A stretch of 47,768 nt of DNA from the sequence record SRR20825010_6613, one strand, 5' to 3'. A program made the translations under genes and the position numbers. Below are positions 47,672 to 47,768 of the stretch, piece by piece (the stretch's first letter is position 1; every line of letters begins with the position of its first letter). The notes beneath the pieces are model-generated. The model did no database searches and had not been told where the DNA came from. It saw only the letters and a program-made list of their open reading frames with translations.

Positions 47672-47768
47672 TCAACCAACAACACCTACAGAGTTCGATA
47701 AATCTATTAACTCAGGATTCTCGGATTTAATGAGGTTCATTTTCCAATCTCGATGCCAGTTTTTGAGT
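47672..47768 (-). CDS. C-terminus of a small GIY-YIG nuclease (runs off the window; absent from ORF track)
   Basis: Hand translation LKNWHRDWKMNLIKSENPELIDLSNSVGVVG*, matching the LKxWxRxWKxxLIxxxNP tail of standalone GIY-YIG proteins. Confidence 0.75.
   Translation of the reverse strand, partial: LKNWHRDWKMNLIKSENPELIDLSNSVGVVG

Overview
Gene-dense chromosomal window from a Bacteroidota genome, probably a Cytophagales/marine relative (inferred from a T9SS C-terminal domain, TAnnTTTG -7 promoters and gene content). It is mostly housekeeping and envelope genes: sdaAA, hemE, hemC, recR, clpS, holB, rimK with a RimB-like protease, cyclophilins, SSS and NSS transporters, plsC and a 5'-nucleotidase. 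Several small signalling modules are present: LytS/LytTR, BlaI with an M56-M23 fusion, PadR with a MacB-type permease, and an ECF sigma operon. No rRNA, tRNA, CRISPR array, transposase or prophage was seen. The most interesting signals are not in the ORF track. (1) A ~115-nt intergenic candidate RNA at 39237-39353 lies between a promoter-like site and a terminator and has two hairpins whose loops are complementary (kissing loop/pseudoknot), upstream of a DUF72 gene. (2) Paired CGTC-tagged palindromes with covarying stems occur at ~44.0 and ~47.55 kb, the second next to a GIY-YIG nuclease cut off by the window edge. (3) A 41-aa MetS-like small subunit follows one of two divergent NSS transporters. 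(4) A BlaR1-like receptor carries an M23 domain with a His-to-Gln change, under a perfect BlaI box. (5) An SSS / nucleotidyltransferase / sugar-1-kinase cluster looks like an amino-sugar salvage module. All calls are by eye; no searches were run.
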